A stretch of DNA of 64,000 nt from an uncultured Chloroflexia bacterium (GCA_963813705.1 CAWFAH010000009.1:9085-73084), one strand, 5' to 3'; positions 18,198 to 28,190 are shown, numbered from the stretch's first letter. Notes: generated by a model from the letters alone, not told the origin. Numbers and translations: made by a program.

Positions 18198-19670
18198 ATG
18201 CCGCACAAGGGGGCGAAGGCCACGACGTACGCGGAGGCATGGGCGCCGCCGCCTCCAGGGCTGGAGGGCTGGACTCCACGGCCGTGGGTCCACCGGACGG
18301 CGCGGGCCGAAGCGGGTCACGCGATCCGCAAGCGCGTGCCGCGGACGGATCACGCGGCCTTCGTCCCGGCGCCGGACCGGGACCCGATCGCGATCCTCGA
18401 GGCGCAGGAGGCCGATCGGCTCCCCGAGCTGATCCCGCTGCGGCATCAGCGGATGGCGGTGTCCCCCTTCACGTATTACCGCGGTGCGCCGGCGGTCATG
18501 GCCTTCGACCTGTCGGGCGGGCCGCGGACCGACATCATCGTGCAGGCCAGCGGCGACGCCCACCTGTCCAACTTCGGGTTGTTCGCGTCGCCCGAGCGGA
18601 CCCTCGTCTTCGACGCCAACGACTTCGACGAGACGCTCCCGGCGCCGTGGGAGTGGGACGTCAAGCGGCTCGCGACCAGCTTCGTCATCGCCGCCCGCGG
18701 GAACCGGTTCGGCCGGGGGCAGTGCCGGGCCGCCGCGATGGCCACGGTCCGCGCCTACCGGGAGGCGATGGCGACCACCTTCAGCTCGATGTCCCTGCTC
18801 GGGATCTGGTACGCCCGGATCAGCGATGCCGACATCATCGCCCTCGCGGAGCCGACGATCGAATCGATCAAGGACAAGACGGCGGCACGGGCCAAGCTGG
18901 AGACGGTCTTCAGCAAGGCGCGGCGACGGGACGGGTTCAAGGCCTTCGACGAGCTCACCGCGCTGGTCGACGGGCACCGGGTGATCATGGACGACCCGCC
19001 GGTGGTTCAGCACTTCGAGGTTCCGGGCGGCCCGTCGGCGCTGAGCGACACGTTCGCTCGGTACCGGGACTCGCTGTCCGAGGATCGGCGCGAGCTGCTC
19101 GGGCGCTACCGCCTCGTCGACTTCGCGCTCAAGGTCGTCGGCGTGGGGAGCGTCGGGACGCGCTGCTTCGTGCTCCTGCTCGAGGGGCACTCGGAGCACG
19201 ATCCCCTCATCCTCCAGGCCAAGGAGGCCACCGCCTCCGTGCTTGCGCCGTACGCGGGCCATGCCCACCGCGAGAACCAGGGCGAGCGGGTCGTGATGGG
19301 CCAGCGGCTGATGCAGGCCACGCCGGACATCTTCCTCGGTTGGACCCGTGGGCCGGAGGGTCGCGACTTCTATTTCCGCCAGCTGTGGGACATGAAGGGC
19401 TCCGTCGAGGTCACCCAGCTCGAGCTGCCGGGCTTGACGCTCTACGGGCGGCTGTGCGGCTGGTCCCTCGCGCGGGCGCACGCACGGAGCGGCGACCCGG
19501 TGGCGATCGCCGCCTATCTCGGGACGAGCGACACGTTCGACGGCGCGATCGCCGACTTCGCCGAGGCCTATGCCGACCAGAACGAGCGCGACCACGCGGC
19601 GTTCGTTGCCGCGATGAAGAGCGGCAGGATCACAGGCGGGACATCGACCCCCGAGGCGGCCGGGTCGTAG
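18198..19670 (+). CDS. DUF2252 family protein
   Basis: Blocks characteristic of DUF2252 as I recall the family (RMAVSPFTYYRGAPAVMAFDL, GDAHLSNFGLFASPERTLVFDANDFDET, PWEWDVKRLA). Confidence 0.7.
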   Translation: MPHKGAKATTYAEAWAPPPPGLEGWTPRPWVHRTARAEAGHAIRKRVPRTDHAAFVPAPDRDPIAILEAQEADRLPELIPLRHQRMAVSPFTYYRGAPAVMAFDLSGGPRTDIIVQASGDAHLSNFGLFASPERTLVFDANDFDETLPAPWEWDVKRLATSFVIAARGNRFGRGQCRAAAMATVRAYREAMATTFSSMSLLGIWYARISDADIIALAEPTIESIKDKTAARAKLETVFSKARRRDGFKAFDELTALVDGHRVIMDDPPVVQHFEVPGGPSALSDTFARYRDSLSEDRRELLGRYRLVDFALKVVGVGSVGTRCFVLLLEGHSEHDPLILQAKEATASVLAPYAGHAHRENQGERVVMGQRLMQATPDIFLGWTRGPEGRDFYFRQLWDMKGSVEVTQLELPGLTLYGRLCGWSLARAHARSGDPVAIAAYLGTSDTFDGAIADFAEAYADQNERDHAAFVAAMKSGRITGGTSTPEAAGS

Positions 19671-19687
19671 CGCGGCCGTGCCCGAGG

Positions 19688-21110
19688 CTAGACGGGGAGA
19701 CCCGAAATCGCTCCGTGGCAGTGCTTGACCTTGCGGCCGCTGCCGCATGGGCAGGGATCGTTCCTGCCGGCCGTCGCAACCGCGGCGGCGACCCTCCGGT
19801 CCCGCGCGGCGTACGCGGCCATCAGCTCCGCCGGCGCCCGGCCCTGGCGGAGGAGGGCTCGACATCGCCCGCATCGGCTCGTCGACGTGGTGGAAGAACG
19901 CCTTGTAGCCGGCGCACAGGTAGTTGAGACCGGGCTCGCCGTCGGGCGTCCGGATGAACCGGTCCTTCGGACACGCGCCGTGGCAGGCGAAGCGGACGTC
20001 GCAGTCGAGGCAGTACTGCGGCAGCGTGTCGAGCTTGTCCCGGCCGAACTTGCGCTGGGCGGGCGACGCGACCAGCTCGGCCATCGGCGTCTCGGTGATG
20101 TTGCCGAGCTTGTAGCCCTCCTCGACGAAGTGGTCGCACGAGTAGACGTCGCCGTTGTGCTCCATCGCCAGCGCCCCACCGCAGGTCGGCTGGAAGACGC
20201 ACAGCCCGCCGGGCTCGCCGTACCAGTTGGCCAGCGCGACGTCGAACATCTGGACATAGACCTCGCCGATGTCCCGGCGGACCCATTCGTCGAAGACCGC
20301 GTTGAGGAACGTCCCGTACTGCTCGGCGGTGACCGAGCGATCCGTGACCAGCTCGCCCTCCTGGCGGTACAGCGGCCGGTCGCGCCAGGAGCGCCAGGGC
20401 GCCTCACGGGCGAGCCCGGGCGACAACTCGACCTGATCGAGGCTGACGTCGATCCGCGGCGTCGGCAGCCGCTCGATGATCGGGATGAACTGGATGAACC
20501 GCGAGCCGAGGTCGTCACGCAGGTAGCGATAGACCTCGAGCGGGTGGTCGGCGTTCGCCCGGTGGAGCGTCGTCAGCGTGTTGAACTCGACGCCGTGCTG
20601 CTTGAGCATCTCGAGCCCGCGCAGCACCCGCTCCGACGTCGGCGCGCCGCCGCGATCCACCCGGTAGGCGTCGTGCATCTCGGGCGGCCCGTCGATGCTG
20701 ATCCCGACCAGGTAGTCGTGCTCCTTGAACAGCGCCGCGAGCTCGTCGTCGATGAGCGTGCCGTTGGTCTGGATCGTGTACTCGACGGTCATTCCCGGGC
20801 GGCGGTACTGCTCGACGTAGGCATGGGCGCGGCGAAAGAAGTCGGCGCCCATGAGCGTCGGCTCACCGCCCTGCCAGGCGACGCTGACGTGGGGCGTCCG
20901 ATGCGCCTCGATGAGCTGCCGAATGTAGGTCTCGAGCAGCTCGTCGGCCATCCGGAAGCGGCTGCCCGGGTAGAGCATCTCCTTGGACAGGAAGAAGCAG
21001 TACGAGCAGTCGAGGTTGCAGGTCGCCCCGGTCGGCTTGGCCAGCAGGTGGAACGCCGGCGGCCCACCGGTCAGGCCGGCGGCGGGAACGGCGGTCTCGG
21101 CCGGTTGCAT
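19688..21110 (-). pseudogene. Anaerobic sulfatase-maturating enzyme (radical SAM/SPASM); C-terminal SEC-C-like tail is in a different frame
   Basis: CNLDCSYCF radical-SAM cluster motif and Cys-rich SPASM region. After ...HHVDEPMRAM the family-like sequence (ALLRQGRAPAELMAAY...NDPCPCGSGRKVKHCHG) continues in another frame. The junction is near 19858-19866. Could be an assembly indel. Confidence 0.8.
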
Positions 21111-21177
21111 CGTCTCAGGGTAACCAGGTCGCGCGCATGCGGCCCCGGGTCGAAGCCGTAGGCTGACGAGCCGCCGA

Positions 21178-22956
21178 TCACCTCCCGTCACCTTCCGGCT
21201 CGGTCGCGGACGTCTCGCCCACCGGTTCCGCCGCCAGGGTCTGCCGCGCCCGGAAGTCCTCGACGGCCGAGCCGAGGGACCTGAAGATGTGATCCTCGCC
21301 GATCACGTCAATCAGCCCCGTGCGGCGGATGCGGTCGTGGACACCCCCCTTCACCTGGGCCAGCAGCAGGTCGATGGACCGCGCCCGCAGGTCCCGCGCA
21401 AGCTCGAAGAGCATGTCCGTGGTGGTGACGTCCAGGTCCGCGGTCGACGCCAGGTCGATCAGGACGGCACGGGGTGCAGGCACCTGCGAGGAGAGGAGGC
21501 CGCGGATCTGCGTCTGCGCCACGTTCGCGTTGAAGAAGTAGAGCGGCGCATCGAGTCGCACGATCAGGAGCCCGGGGATGGGTCTGGCGTCGGCGTGCCG
21601 CTCGAGATCCACGTACGTGTCGTCGTAGCCTGCCAGCAGGCCGAGCGAGGCCACGTGGGGGCGGCTCGCCCGGTAGAGGAGGAACGTCAACGACAGCAGC
21701 ACGGCGATGATCAGGCCGGTCAGCACGGACGTCAGGATCACGCCGACCATCGCGACCAGCGCGATCACGAAGTCGGTTCGCCGCCAGGCCCAGTAGCGAC
21801 GCATCTCGCGCACGTCCATCAGGCCGAGCACGGCGACAATGACGATCGCCCCGAGGACCGCGTTCGGCAGGTTCTTGAAGAGTGGTGAGAGGAAGACCGC
21901 CGTCGCGAGCACCAGGGCCGAGGTGATGACCGATGACAGCTGCGACTTCGAACCGGCGGATTCGCCCGTTGCCGTCTGCGACAGGCTGGCGTCGACGGTG
22001 AAGCCGCCGAACAACCCGGACGAGAGGTTGGCGCCGCCGAGCCCGATGAGCTCCTGGTCGGGATCGATCTCGTCGTGATGGCGCGCCGCGAACGAACGAC
22101 CAGCGCCGATCGATTCGCCGACCGCGAGGAACACCATGCCCGCCGCTCCCACCACGAGGTACGGGATGGTCGAGAGGGGCACATCGGGAAGACTCGGAGT
22201 GGACAGCCCGGTCGCGACCGGGCCGACCACGCTGACCCCCTTGGCGGCGAGGTCGAACACGGAGACCGCGACGATCCCGGCAACGAGCGCGACCAACGCG
22301 CCGGGGATCCGCTTCGAGACCAGCCTCAGCACGAGGATCAGGATGAGCGCACCCACGCCCACGGCCAGGGTGTACGCGTTCGTGTCGGGGAGGCTCTCGA
22401 CGAGCAGCCCGAGCTGCTCGATGACGGAGCCGGTGCCCGTGGGCACGCCGAACAGCTTGGGCAGCTGCCCTACGATGATCGTGATCGCCAGCCCGAAGAT
22501 GAACCCGGTGACAACCGACTTGGTGAGGAAGTCGGACACGAAGCCGAGGCGCGCGATGCCGCCCGCGACGAGGATCACGCCGACCGTCAGCGCCAGGGCG
22601 GCGGACAGCGCCAGGTAGGAACCGCCGTCTCCGGCGGCGAGATCGGCGACGACCGACGCGGACATGATGGCCATCGTCGAGCTGGCCGTGACCTTGAGAT
22701 GGCGACTGGTGCCGAACACGGCGTAGGCCGCCAGCGCGGCAAACGCGGTCGTGAGGCCGACCTGTGGCGGGACGCCCGCCAGCCCCGCGTAGGCCATGGC
22801 TACCGGCACCATCACCCCCCACGAGGTGACCCCGGCCGTGACATCCGGGCGGAGCCAGCTCCTCGGATACCCCGGCAACCACGTCGTGATCGGAACGTAT
22901 CGTCGAATCAGGACGGCCGCCTGCTCCCGAGGACCGGGCGCCCGGCTCGGCGTCAT
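21178..22956 (-). CDS. SulP family sulfate/anion permease with C-terminal STAS domain
   Basis: N-terminus WLPGYPRSWLRPDVTAGVTSWGVMVPVAMAYAGLAGV, multiple TM helices, and a STAS-like end (LIVRLDAPLYFFNA). The ATG at 22956 overlaps the upstream stop (ATGA). Confidence 0.9.
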   Translation of the reverse strand: MTPSRAPGPREQAAVLIRRYVPITTWLPGYPRSWLRPDVTAGVTSWGVMVPVAMAYAGLAGVPPQVGLTTAFAALAAYAVFGTSRHLKVTASSTMAIMSASVVADLAAGDGGSYLALSAALALTVGVILVAGGIARLGFVSDFLTKSVVTGFIFGLAITIIVGQLPKLFGVPTGTGSVIEQLGLLVESLPDTNAYTLAVGVGALILILVLRLVSKRIPGALVALVAGIVAVSVFDLAAKGVSVVGPVATGLSTPSLPDVPLSTIPYLVVGAAGMVFLAVGESIGAGRSFAARHHDEIDPDQELIGLGGANLSSGLFGGFTVDASLSQTATGESAGSKSQLSSVITSALVLATAVFLSPLFKNLPNAVLGAIVIVAVLGLMDVREMRRYWAWRRTDFVIALVAMVGVILTSVLTGLIIAVLLSLTFLLYRASRPHVASLGLLAGYDDTYVDLERHADARPIPGLLIVRLDAPLYFFNANVAQTQIRGLLSSQVPAPRAVLIDLASTADLDVTTTDMLFELARDLRARSIDLLLAQVKGGVHDRIRRTGLIDVIGEDHIFRSLGSAVEDFRARQTLAAEPVGETSATEPEGDGR

Positions 22957-24239
22957 TCGTGGTGGCTCGGCGGTCGGGCCAACGAGTGGCGACGGCTGAC
23001 CCGGAGCTCGTCGGCGTGGCCAAGCTCCCAGGCATCCGCCGATGCACGAGCGAGCCGGCGGCCGTACCAGGCACCGACGGAAACCGCGCTGAGACCGTGC
23101 AGGAACACCGACAGGAGCACCGTCCAGGCAACGACACCGAGGAGGGACCTGGTGGCCGGATGATCGGGACCCAGCTCGTCGAACGCCACGAGCAGGAAGA
23201 CCACCGACGCGAGGCCGCGCGGCCCGAACCAGCCGATCAGGGCAACGGTGTCCCGCCGGAGCGGTGTGCCGACGAGCGCGAGGGCGACCGGAGCCATCCG
23301 CACGATCGTCAGGCTCAGGACGGCGTACACGACGAAGGCGGGGTCGACTCCCACAGCCACGACAGGCCCGACCACGGCGACCCCGAAGAGCACCCAGACG
23401 AGGTACGACGCACCCAGCCCGATCAATTCGGCGAGCTCCACGGATGGCTCTGATCGGACGGTCGCCGTCCGGAAAGCGACTCCGGCCCCGAAGGCCGCCA
23501 CGAACCCGTTGCCGCCGACGGCCGTCGCACCGGCATAGGCGAGGATCGCCAGCGCGACGACGGCGAGCAATTCGGACTCCGCCGAGGCCCACCCCCGTGC
23601 GCGTGCGGCCACGAGGAACCGACCGCCGACGCCGCCGAGCGCGACGGCGACGCCCACCGCGATGGCGATCTGCGTTCCGGCCGCCACGATCCAGTGCTGG
23701 GCATCGTTGGTCTCCTCGGCCACGGCGATCGCCAGGGCGAGGGTCACGAACGGCGTGGCGATCCCATCGTTCAGGCCGCTCTCGATGTTGATCGCCCGGC
23801 GGACACGAACGGGGATCGCCCGGTCGAGGAGGATCGGCAGGCTGAGCGCCGCGTCGGTCGGCGCCAGGATGGACCCGACCAGCAGGGCGAAGCCGAGGCC
23901 GAGGGCCGGGAACACGAGCCAGCCGACCAGGGCCCCGGCGGCGATCGTCAGCGGCAACCCGAACGCAAGCAGCCGGCCCGGGAGCCAGGCGATCCGGCCG
24001 GCCTCCCGCACGCCGATCGTCGAGGCATCGGTGAAGAGGAGGAGGGCCAGGGTCAGCTCGGCCAGCACCCGGAACGGTTCAGAGGTCGCCGGGGCGTCGA
24101 TGGCGCCGACGCCCGCCGGCCCAATCAGTGCGCCGGCCGTTACGAGCACGATCGGCCCGCTGATCGACAGGCGGTCGAGACGGACCGCGACCAGCGTATA
24201 GGCGAGGATCAGCAGCGCGATCAGGGCAAGTTCGGGCAC
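22953..24239 (-). CDS. Cation:proton antiporter (Na+/H+ exchanger family)
   Basis: 12-TM-like profile. The N-terminal block LALIALLILAYTLVAVRLDRLSISGPIVLVTAGALIGP is typical of CPA1 exchangers. Confidence 0.85.
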   Translation of the reverse strand: MPELALIALLILAYTLVAVRLDRLSISGPIVLVTAGALIGPAGVGAIDAPATSEPFRVLAELTLALLLFTDASTIGVREAGRIAWLPGRLLAFGLPLTIAAGALVGWLVFPALGLGFALLVGSILAPTDAALSLPILLDRAIPVRVRRAINIESGLNDGIATPFVTLALAIAVAEETNDAQHWIVAAGTQIAIAVGVAVALGGVGGRFLVAARARGWASAESELLAVVALAILAYAGATAVGGNGFVAAFGAGVAFRTATVRSEPSVELAELIGLGASYLVWVLFGVAVVGPVVAVGVDPAFVVYAVLSLTIVRMAPVALALVGTPLRRDTVALIGWFGPRGLASVVFLLVAFDELGPDHPATRSLLGVVAWTVLLSVFLHGLSAVSVGAWYGRRLARASADAWELGHADELRVSRRHSLARPPSHHE

Positions 24240-24360
24240 CGGTCCCTCCGGAGCGCGAGTCTACCCGCCGGTCAAGGGAACGGGTCCCCGGCCAACGGCT
24301 GACCTGGGACCCGTTGAGTGCGATCTGGACCGTCGCCGCGGCGACGACGATCGGCGGCGA

Positions 24361-24540
24361 CTAGAAGCGGCGGCGGCCCGGCGTGACGGCCGCGCCGACG
24401 ACGGCGGCCTTGGCGACCGGCGACGGTCCGGGCTTGACGGCGGCCCCGACGACCGCGGCCTTGGCGACCGGTGACGGTCCTGGGGTGACGGCAGCGGTCA
24501 CGACCGCGGCTCGTCCGAGGCGGGATGCTCGCATTGGCAT
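24361..24540 (-). CDS. Unannotated 59-aa Ala/Val/Pro-rich micro-protein with an internal 16-aa tandem repeat
   Basis: My translation of the minus strand is MPMRASRLGRAAVVTAAVTPGPSPVAKAAVVGAAVKPGPSPVAKAAVVGAAVTPGRRRF. The ATG lies 1 nt after the upstream stop, with GGAG just upstream. It falls below the ORF-track length cutoff. Confidence 0.4.
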   Translation of the reverse strand: MPMRASRLGRAAVVTAAVTPGPSPVAKAAVVGAAVKPGPSPVAKAAVVGAAVTPGRRRF

Positions 24541-24541
24541 G

Positions 24542-25000
24542 TCAGACTCCTACTGGCTCGAGCGCCTCGTCGGCCTCGACGGCGGCGATGATGGCCTGGA
24601 TCGGGATCCGCCCGTTGGCGATCACCTGACCGCCGGCGTGGCGCATGGCCGACGCGAACGGCGCGGCCCACAGGTTCTCGTAGACGAGGACGGCGCCGAT
24701 GCTGCCCGGCTCCATCACGTCGCCGAACTTCTCGACGTCCGCCTCGGCCAGCGTCTCGGCGAGCTGGACCTCGATGCGGGCCAGCTCCCCGAGGTCATCG
24801 AGATCCCCGAGCTCCTGGGCCATGACCGAGCCGTCCTCGGCCTTGCCGACGATGATCAGGTCCATGATCCGGATGATCCCGGCGTCGTGGAGCCGGAGCA
24901 GCTCCGACGCGCCTTCACCCGTGAAGTTCTGCTGTCCGGCCGGAAACTCGACGACGAGGTAATCGACGGGCCCCAGCTCGTCGAGCGATCGTTCAGTCAT
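24542..25000 (-). CDS. Small soluble stress-associated protein (DUF6325-like; family number recalled from memory)
   Basis: GPVDYLVVEFPAGQ...IRIMDLIIVGKAEDGSV pattern. Acidic, with no TM helix. Confidence 0.55.
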   Translation of the reverse strand: MTERSLDELGPVDYLVVEFPAGQQNFTGEGASELLRLHDAGIIRIMDLIIVGKAEDGSVMAQELGDLDDLGELARIEVQLAETLAEADVEKFGDVMEPGSIGAVLVYENLWAAPFASAMRHAGGQVIANGRIPIQAIIAAVEADEALEPVGV

Positions 25001-25059
25001 GCCGTCTCCCTTCGTAGCGCCACGCTCCAGGCGCGTGGTCGTGACTCGCGATCTGTCGC

Positions 25060-27412
25060 CTACTGGCGTGCCATGTGTGCCCGCAGCTCTGCCTCCTGGT
25101 CCACGATGAGCTCCCCGCTGACGTCCACGACGACCTTCTCGAGGGTGCCGCTGAACTTGAACGGGCTGGTGTAGTCCGGCGTCACCGGCGATCCCGGGTT
25201 GTGACCGCAGCTGACACCGCCGGGGTTGAACATGAACGGAGTGGTGTAGGGCGCGTCTGCGCTCGCGACCAGGGCACCGTCCAGGTACAGCTGGAGCCGA
25301 GCCGGGACGCCCCTGCCGTGCGGCATGTCGGGCTGCCCGGTGGGTTCGAATTCGAAGCGGAGCTCATGGCGCCCGACCGGCAGCGCATCGGGGGTGGAGA
25401 CGCCGAACCGCTCCCGTGCGACGTAATTGTGGACGTAGTGCAGCCGGCCGCCCTTCACGTAGAGCGAGTACCCGCCGGCCGCCGTCCCCTGGCAGAACAG
25501 GACACCCTCGGCGCCGCCTTCGGGGATCTCGACGGTCGCGCGTGATGCTGTGCGGGCGGTTGAACAGGCGCGGCGCGGCGAAGTTGGGGATGGACTGGGT
25601 GCCGGGGCGGTAGGTGTACTGGTTGCGCGGCACCGCGACCAGCGGCTTCTCGGCGATCATCCGCTGCAGGCCGCTGCCGTCGACCGGCATGACCCCGTAC
25701 TTACCGGCCTCGACGTACCAGGTCCCGATCAGCTCGATCAGCTTGTCGCGGTGGTCCGCCGCGAGGTCGTGGTTCTCGGCCGGGTCCTCGTCGATGTGAT
25801 AGAGCTCCCAGCCGCTGGCATCCAGCTCCGTGAGCTTCTCGGCCGAGATCGGGTTGCCGAAACCGGTGCCGGCCTCGGCGAACGACGGGCCGGGCCACGG
25901 GCAGACCGCCCGCCAGCCGTCCTTGTAGATCGCCCGATGGCCCAGCATCTCGAAGTACTGGGTGTGGTGGCGGGTTGGCGCCTCGGGATCGTCGAGAGCG
26001 TGGGCGAAGCTGACCCCCTGGATCGGGGCCTGGGTCACGCCGCGGATGGCTGCCGGCGGCTCGATCCCGAGCAGGTCCAGCACCGTCGGCACCATGTCGA
26101 CGATATGGGCGTACTGGGTTCGGACCTCACCGCGCACCTTGACGCCGGCGGGCCAGGAGACGATGAACGGGTCGGTCGAGCCGCCGCGGTATGTCTCGCG
26201 CTTCCAGCGCCGGAACGGCGTGTTGCCGGCCCACGTCCAGCCCCACGGATAGTGATTGAAGTGGTCCGGGCCGCCGATCTTGTCGATGACCGCCAGGCTC
26301 TCCTCGAGCGTCTCCTGGGCGTTGTTGAAGAACTGGGCCTCGTTGGTCGTCCCGGTCGGGCCACCTTCGGCGCTCGCCCCGTTGTCGGAGATGACCATCA
26401 CGATCGTGTTGTCGAGCACTCCCTGTTGGCGCAGAAAGTCCAGCAGCCGCCCGAGGTGATGGTCGGTGTGGCTCAGGAAGCCGGCGAACACCTCCATCAT
26501 CCGGGCCGACAGCCTGCGCGCCTCGGGTGAGAGCGACCCCCACGCGGGCACGTCCGGGTCGTGCCGCGACAGCTCCGCGTCCGGCGGCAGGATCCCGAGC
26601 TCCTTCTGGCGGGCGAACACCTTCTCCCGGTAGGCGTCCCAGCCGTCATCGAACTGGCCGGCGTACTTGTCAGCCCACTCTTTGGGAACGTGATGCGGGG
26701 CGTGCGTCGCTCCGAAGCACAGGTGCAAGTAGAACGGCTTGTCCGGGTCGATCTGGCGGAGGTCGGTGATGAACTCGATCGACTTGTCGACCAGGTCCTC
26801 CGTGAGATGGTAGCCCTGCTCTGGCGTGCGCGGCGGCTCGACCGGGTGGTTGTCGTACACGAGGTCGGGATACCACTGGCTCGTGTCGCCGCCGAGGAAC
26901 CCGTAGAAGCGCTGGAATCCGCGTCCGAGCGGCCAGCGGTCGTACGGGCCGGCCGCCGTCTCCTGGTTGCTCGGGGTCAGGTGCCATTTGCCGACCATGT
27001 AGGTGCCGTACCCGTGCTCGAGCAGCATCTCCGAGAGCATCCCGTTCTCGAACGGCATCACGCCGTTGTAGCCCGGGTAGCCCGAGGCGAGCTCGGTGAT
27101 GCAGGCCATGCCGTTGGCGTGGTGGTTGCGGCCGGTGATGATGCACGAGCGGCTCGGCGAGCAGAGCGCCGTCGTGTGCATGTTGTTGAAGCGCAACCCG
27201 TCCGCCGCGAGCGCGTCGAAGTTCGGCGTGCCGATCGGGCTGCCGTAGCAGCCGAGCTGTCCGAAGCCCGTGTCGTCGAGGACGACGAACAGCACGTTCG
27301 GCGCGCCCTTCGCGGCTCGTGTCGGAGCCGGCCAGGCGGGGCTCAATTCGTCGGCGGTCCGCCCGATCACGCCGGGGAACGGCGCTCCGGCGGGGTATTC
27401 CAGGATCGGCAT
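25060..27412 (-). pseudogene. Arylsulfatase 2 (Cys-type) with one apparent frameshift near the C-terminal domain
   Basis: CSPSRSCIITGRNHH signature. After ...NRPHSIT the homologous sequence (TVEIPEGGAEGVLFCQGTAAGGYSLYVKGGRLHYVHNY...) continues in the frame of ORF 25060-25458. That stretch is collinear with the C-terminus of sulfatase 1. The junction is near 25535-25545. Confidence 0.85.
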
Positions 27413-27590
27413 CGCGTCCTCACTATCATCCGCTCGGGGACGCTGGTCCCGATGGCGACGGTCCGCCAGGGCGTGGGCCGTCAAGGTACGTTCAGGAGGA
27501 GCGTGCGCCCGCGGGGTCGAAGCCGCATCGTCCACATCGGATGATGTGGAGGGGCCGGAGGTCCCTCGGACCCTTCTCCCGGCTCCGCGG

Positions 27591-28106
27591 TCAGGACTGC
27601 TGCTCGTCGATGACGCCGATCAGGAACCGCCAGGCGCCGGCGATCGCCCAGACGAGGCCGGCGATCGTCTCGATCGCGATCCAGTACAGGCCGCCGCCCT
27701 GGCCCGAGGCGACCGCCAGTGACAGCCCGCCGACGATGCCGCAGGCGGCGATCGCAAAGCCGATCGCGATCCGGATCCAGGCGTCGCGTGGGAGCTGCCA
27801 GTTGACCCGCCGCGCGGCTTTGCTGTTGTTGTACGTGTTGATCGCCGCGAAGCCGAGGCTGATCGCCACGAACTCCCAGCCGAGCCAGTCCGGCGGCTGC
27901 GGGGTGATGGCGACCAGCCCGATCACCATCGTCGCGGTCAGCACCACGAGGGTCGCGCGGGCGTGCGAGCGATGGGTCAGGCTCTGGGCGATGAAGGCGG
28001 TGTGGATCGACAGGCCGACGACGATCAGCCCGATGAGCACCGCCGCGGCGGCGGCGACGGACAGGAAGAACTCCGTCCACTCCGCCGGATCGAAGGGCGC
28101 GAACAT
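27591..28106 (-). CDS. Hypothetical integral membrane protein (about 5 TM)
   Basis: Clear alternating hydrophobic helices. No family recognised. Confidence 0.55.
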   Translation of the reverse strand: MFAPFDPAEWTEFFLSVAAAAAVLIGLIVVGLSIHTAFIAQSLTHRSHARATLVVLTATMVIGLVAITPQPPDWLGWEFVAISLGFAAINTYNNSKAARRVNWQLPRDAWIRIAIGFAIAACGIVGGLSLAVASGQGGGLYWIAIETIAGLVWAIAGAWRFLIGVIDEQQS

Positions 28107-28159
28107 GGGCGCAGTCTAGCCTCGGCGCGAGTCGCGCCAGCCGCGGATCGAGGGTCTCG

Positions 28160-28190
28160 AACGGCCGTTTTCACCCGATCCGGTTGATGC
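28160..28190 (+). promoter_or_regulatory. Conserved 30-nt upstream element, copy B (upstream of the META lipoprotein)
   Basis: AACGGCCGTTTTCACCCGATCCGGTTGATGC is followed by the hairpin GATGCC-GCGG-GGCATC. It lies about 100 nt upstream of the ATG at 28290. Confidence 0.45.

Noticed and set aside
18042-21191. A single 1049-aa protein spanning the maturase gene and the antisense of DUF2252.
   Set aside because: Only the N-terminal about 420 aa are radical-SAM/SPASM-like. The remainder is low-complexity and overlaps the well-supported DUF2252 gene on the other strand. The real C-terminus is in another frame and ends at 19688.
24383-25174. A plus-strand 263-aa ORF with a repeated TAAPTTAALATGDGPG N-terminus.
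   Set aside because: It is antisense to the well-formed DUF6325-like gene. Its repeat is simply the complement of the 48-nt tandem repeat in the minus-strand micro-ORF.
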